From NCBI GenBank assembly GCA_036822555.1, contig DAISHL010000001.1:1-39149 (forward strand): a stretch of 39,149 bases of DNA. The letters are read 5' to 3'. The position numbers were made by a program, and so were the translations under genes. Under the pieces are notes generated by a model. That model did no database searches, had not been told where the DNA came from, and saw only the letters and a program-made list of their open reading frames with translations. Position 1 is the stretch's first letter. Each line of letters starts with the position of its first letter. The stretch is from Bacteroidota bacterium (lineage in GTDB: Bacteria > Bacteroidota > Bacteroidia > B-17B0 > Aurantibacillaceae). Shown here piece after piece: positions 38,747 through 39,149 of the stretch.

Positions 38747-39149
38747 ATGATTGAAACTGATATAGCCATTGTAGGTGCGGGTCCGGTGGGCTTGTTTGCC
38801 ATATTTGAGGCAGGCTTGTTAAAAATGCGTTGCCATTTGATAGATTATTTGCCCCAGCCGGGTGGTCAGCTTTCTGAGATCTATCCAAAAAAACCGATCT
38901 ACGATATTCCGGGATTTCCAAGCATTAATGCGCAGGACCTCGTTGACAATCTTATGAAGCAGGCAGAGCCGTTCCATCCGACCTTTACATTGGGGGAACG
39001 CATTGAAAGCCTTGAGAAAAAAGCAGAGCGCGAATTAATTTTAACAACTAATCTGGGCACTATGATCCAGGCCAAGGTGGTGGTGATCGCCGGTTGATTG
39101 GGTTGTTTTGAACCCCGTAAACCCGAAGTTGCGGGACTTGAAAAGTTTG
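38747..39149 (+). CDS. Ferredoxin-NADP+ reductase / thioredoxin-reductase-like flavoprotein, partial, with in-frame TGA 39095-39097
   Basis: DIAIVGAGPVGLFA, GGQLSEIYPKKPIYDIPGF, IAG*LGCFEPRKP (Gly expected). TAATTTTG -7 element at 38725-38732. Confidence 0.88.

Noticed and set aside
18635..39097. TGA reassigned to Gly (genetic code 25), since two in-frame TGAs (18635, 39095) fall at conserved Gly positions
   Set aside because: TGA ends several genes normally (502, 2914, 22070, 22389, 33671), hundreds of Gly codons are GGN, and TAA and TAG interruptions also occur at unrelated residues. GGA>TGA substitution is the simpler explanation.
18635..39097. Selenocysteine or pyrrolysine decoding
   Set aside because: The TGAs align with Gly rather than Cys, the TAGs are not in methylamine methyltransferases, and no sel or pyl genes are present.
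13069..39097. Diversity-generating retroelement or endosymbiont-style genome decay
   Set aside because: There is no reverse transcriptase or TR/VR pair and the changes are not A-specific. Gene density is high, spacers are intact, and the lesions hit essential genes in small patches.
1..39149. CRISPR array, tRNA/rRNA genes, riboswitches, IS elements
   Set aside because: All intergenic gaps are about 210 bp or shorter and are explained by promoters and terminators. No repeat-spacer pattern, cloverleaf or transposase was seen. An Rfam scan was not run.

Overview
Chromosomal core-gene region of a Bacteroidota bacterium. The assignment rests on TAnnTTTG -7 promoters, T9SS cargo proteins, rprXY, an ileS-dksA-lspA-hemH string and ribosomal protein bTHX. 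About 30 genes are present. I found no rRNA, tRNA, CRISPR, prophage or mobile element, and no convincing new multi-gene system. The most striking property is a high density of lesions in normally conserved or essential genes: seven in-frame stops using all three stop codons (kup, a rhodanese, an S41 protease twice, ileS, a SpoIIE sensor, an FNR/TrxB-type reductase), two 1-nt frameshifts in A-runs, and one substitution that appears to destroy an ATGA stop/start overlap. Most inferred changes are transversions clustered with nearby missense changes, which fits low-coverage consensus errors better than recoding or genome decay. The best biological leads are a DksA/TraR protein with a ~240-aa N-terminal extension (histone-H1-like, acidic, RGR motif), a type-2 IleRS with GIHH in place of HIGH, an unannotated bTHX with an AAKK tail, apparent over-representation of GATC and GGCC, and several candidate operator palindromes. 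All family assignments come from motif recognition; no database searches were run.
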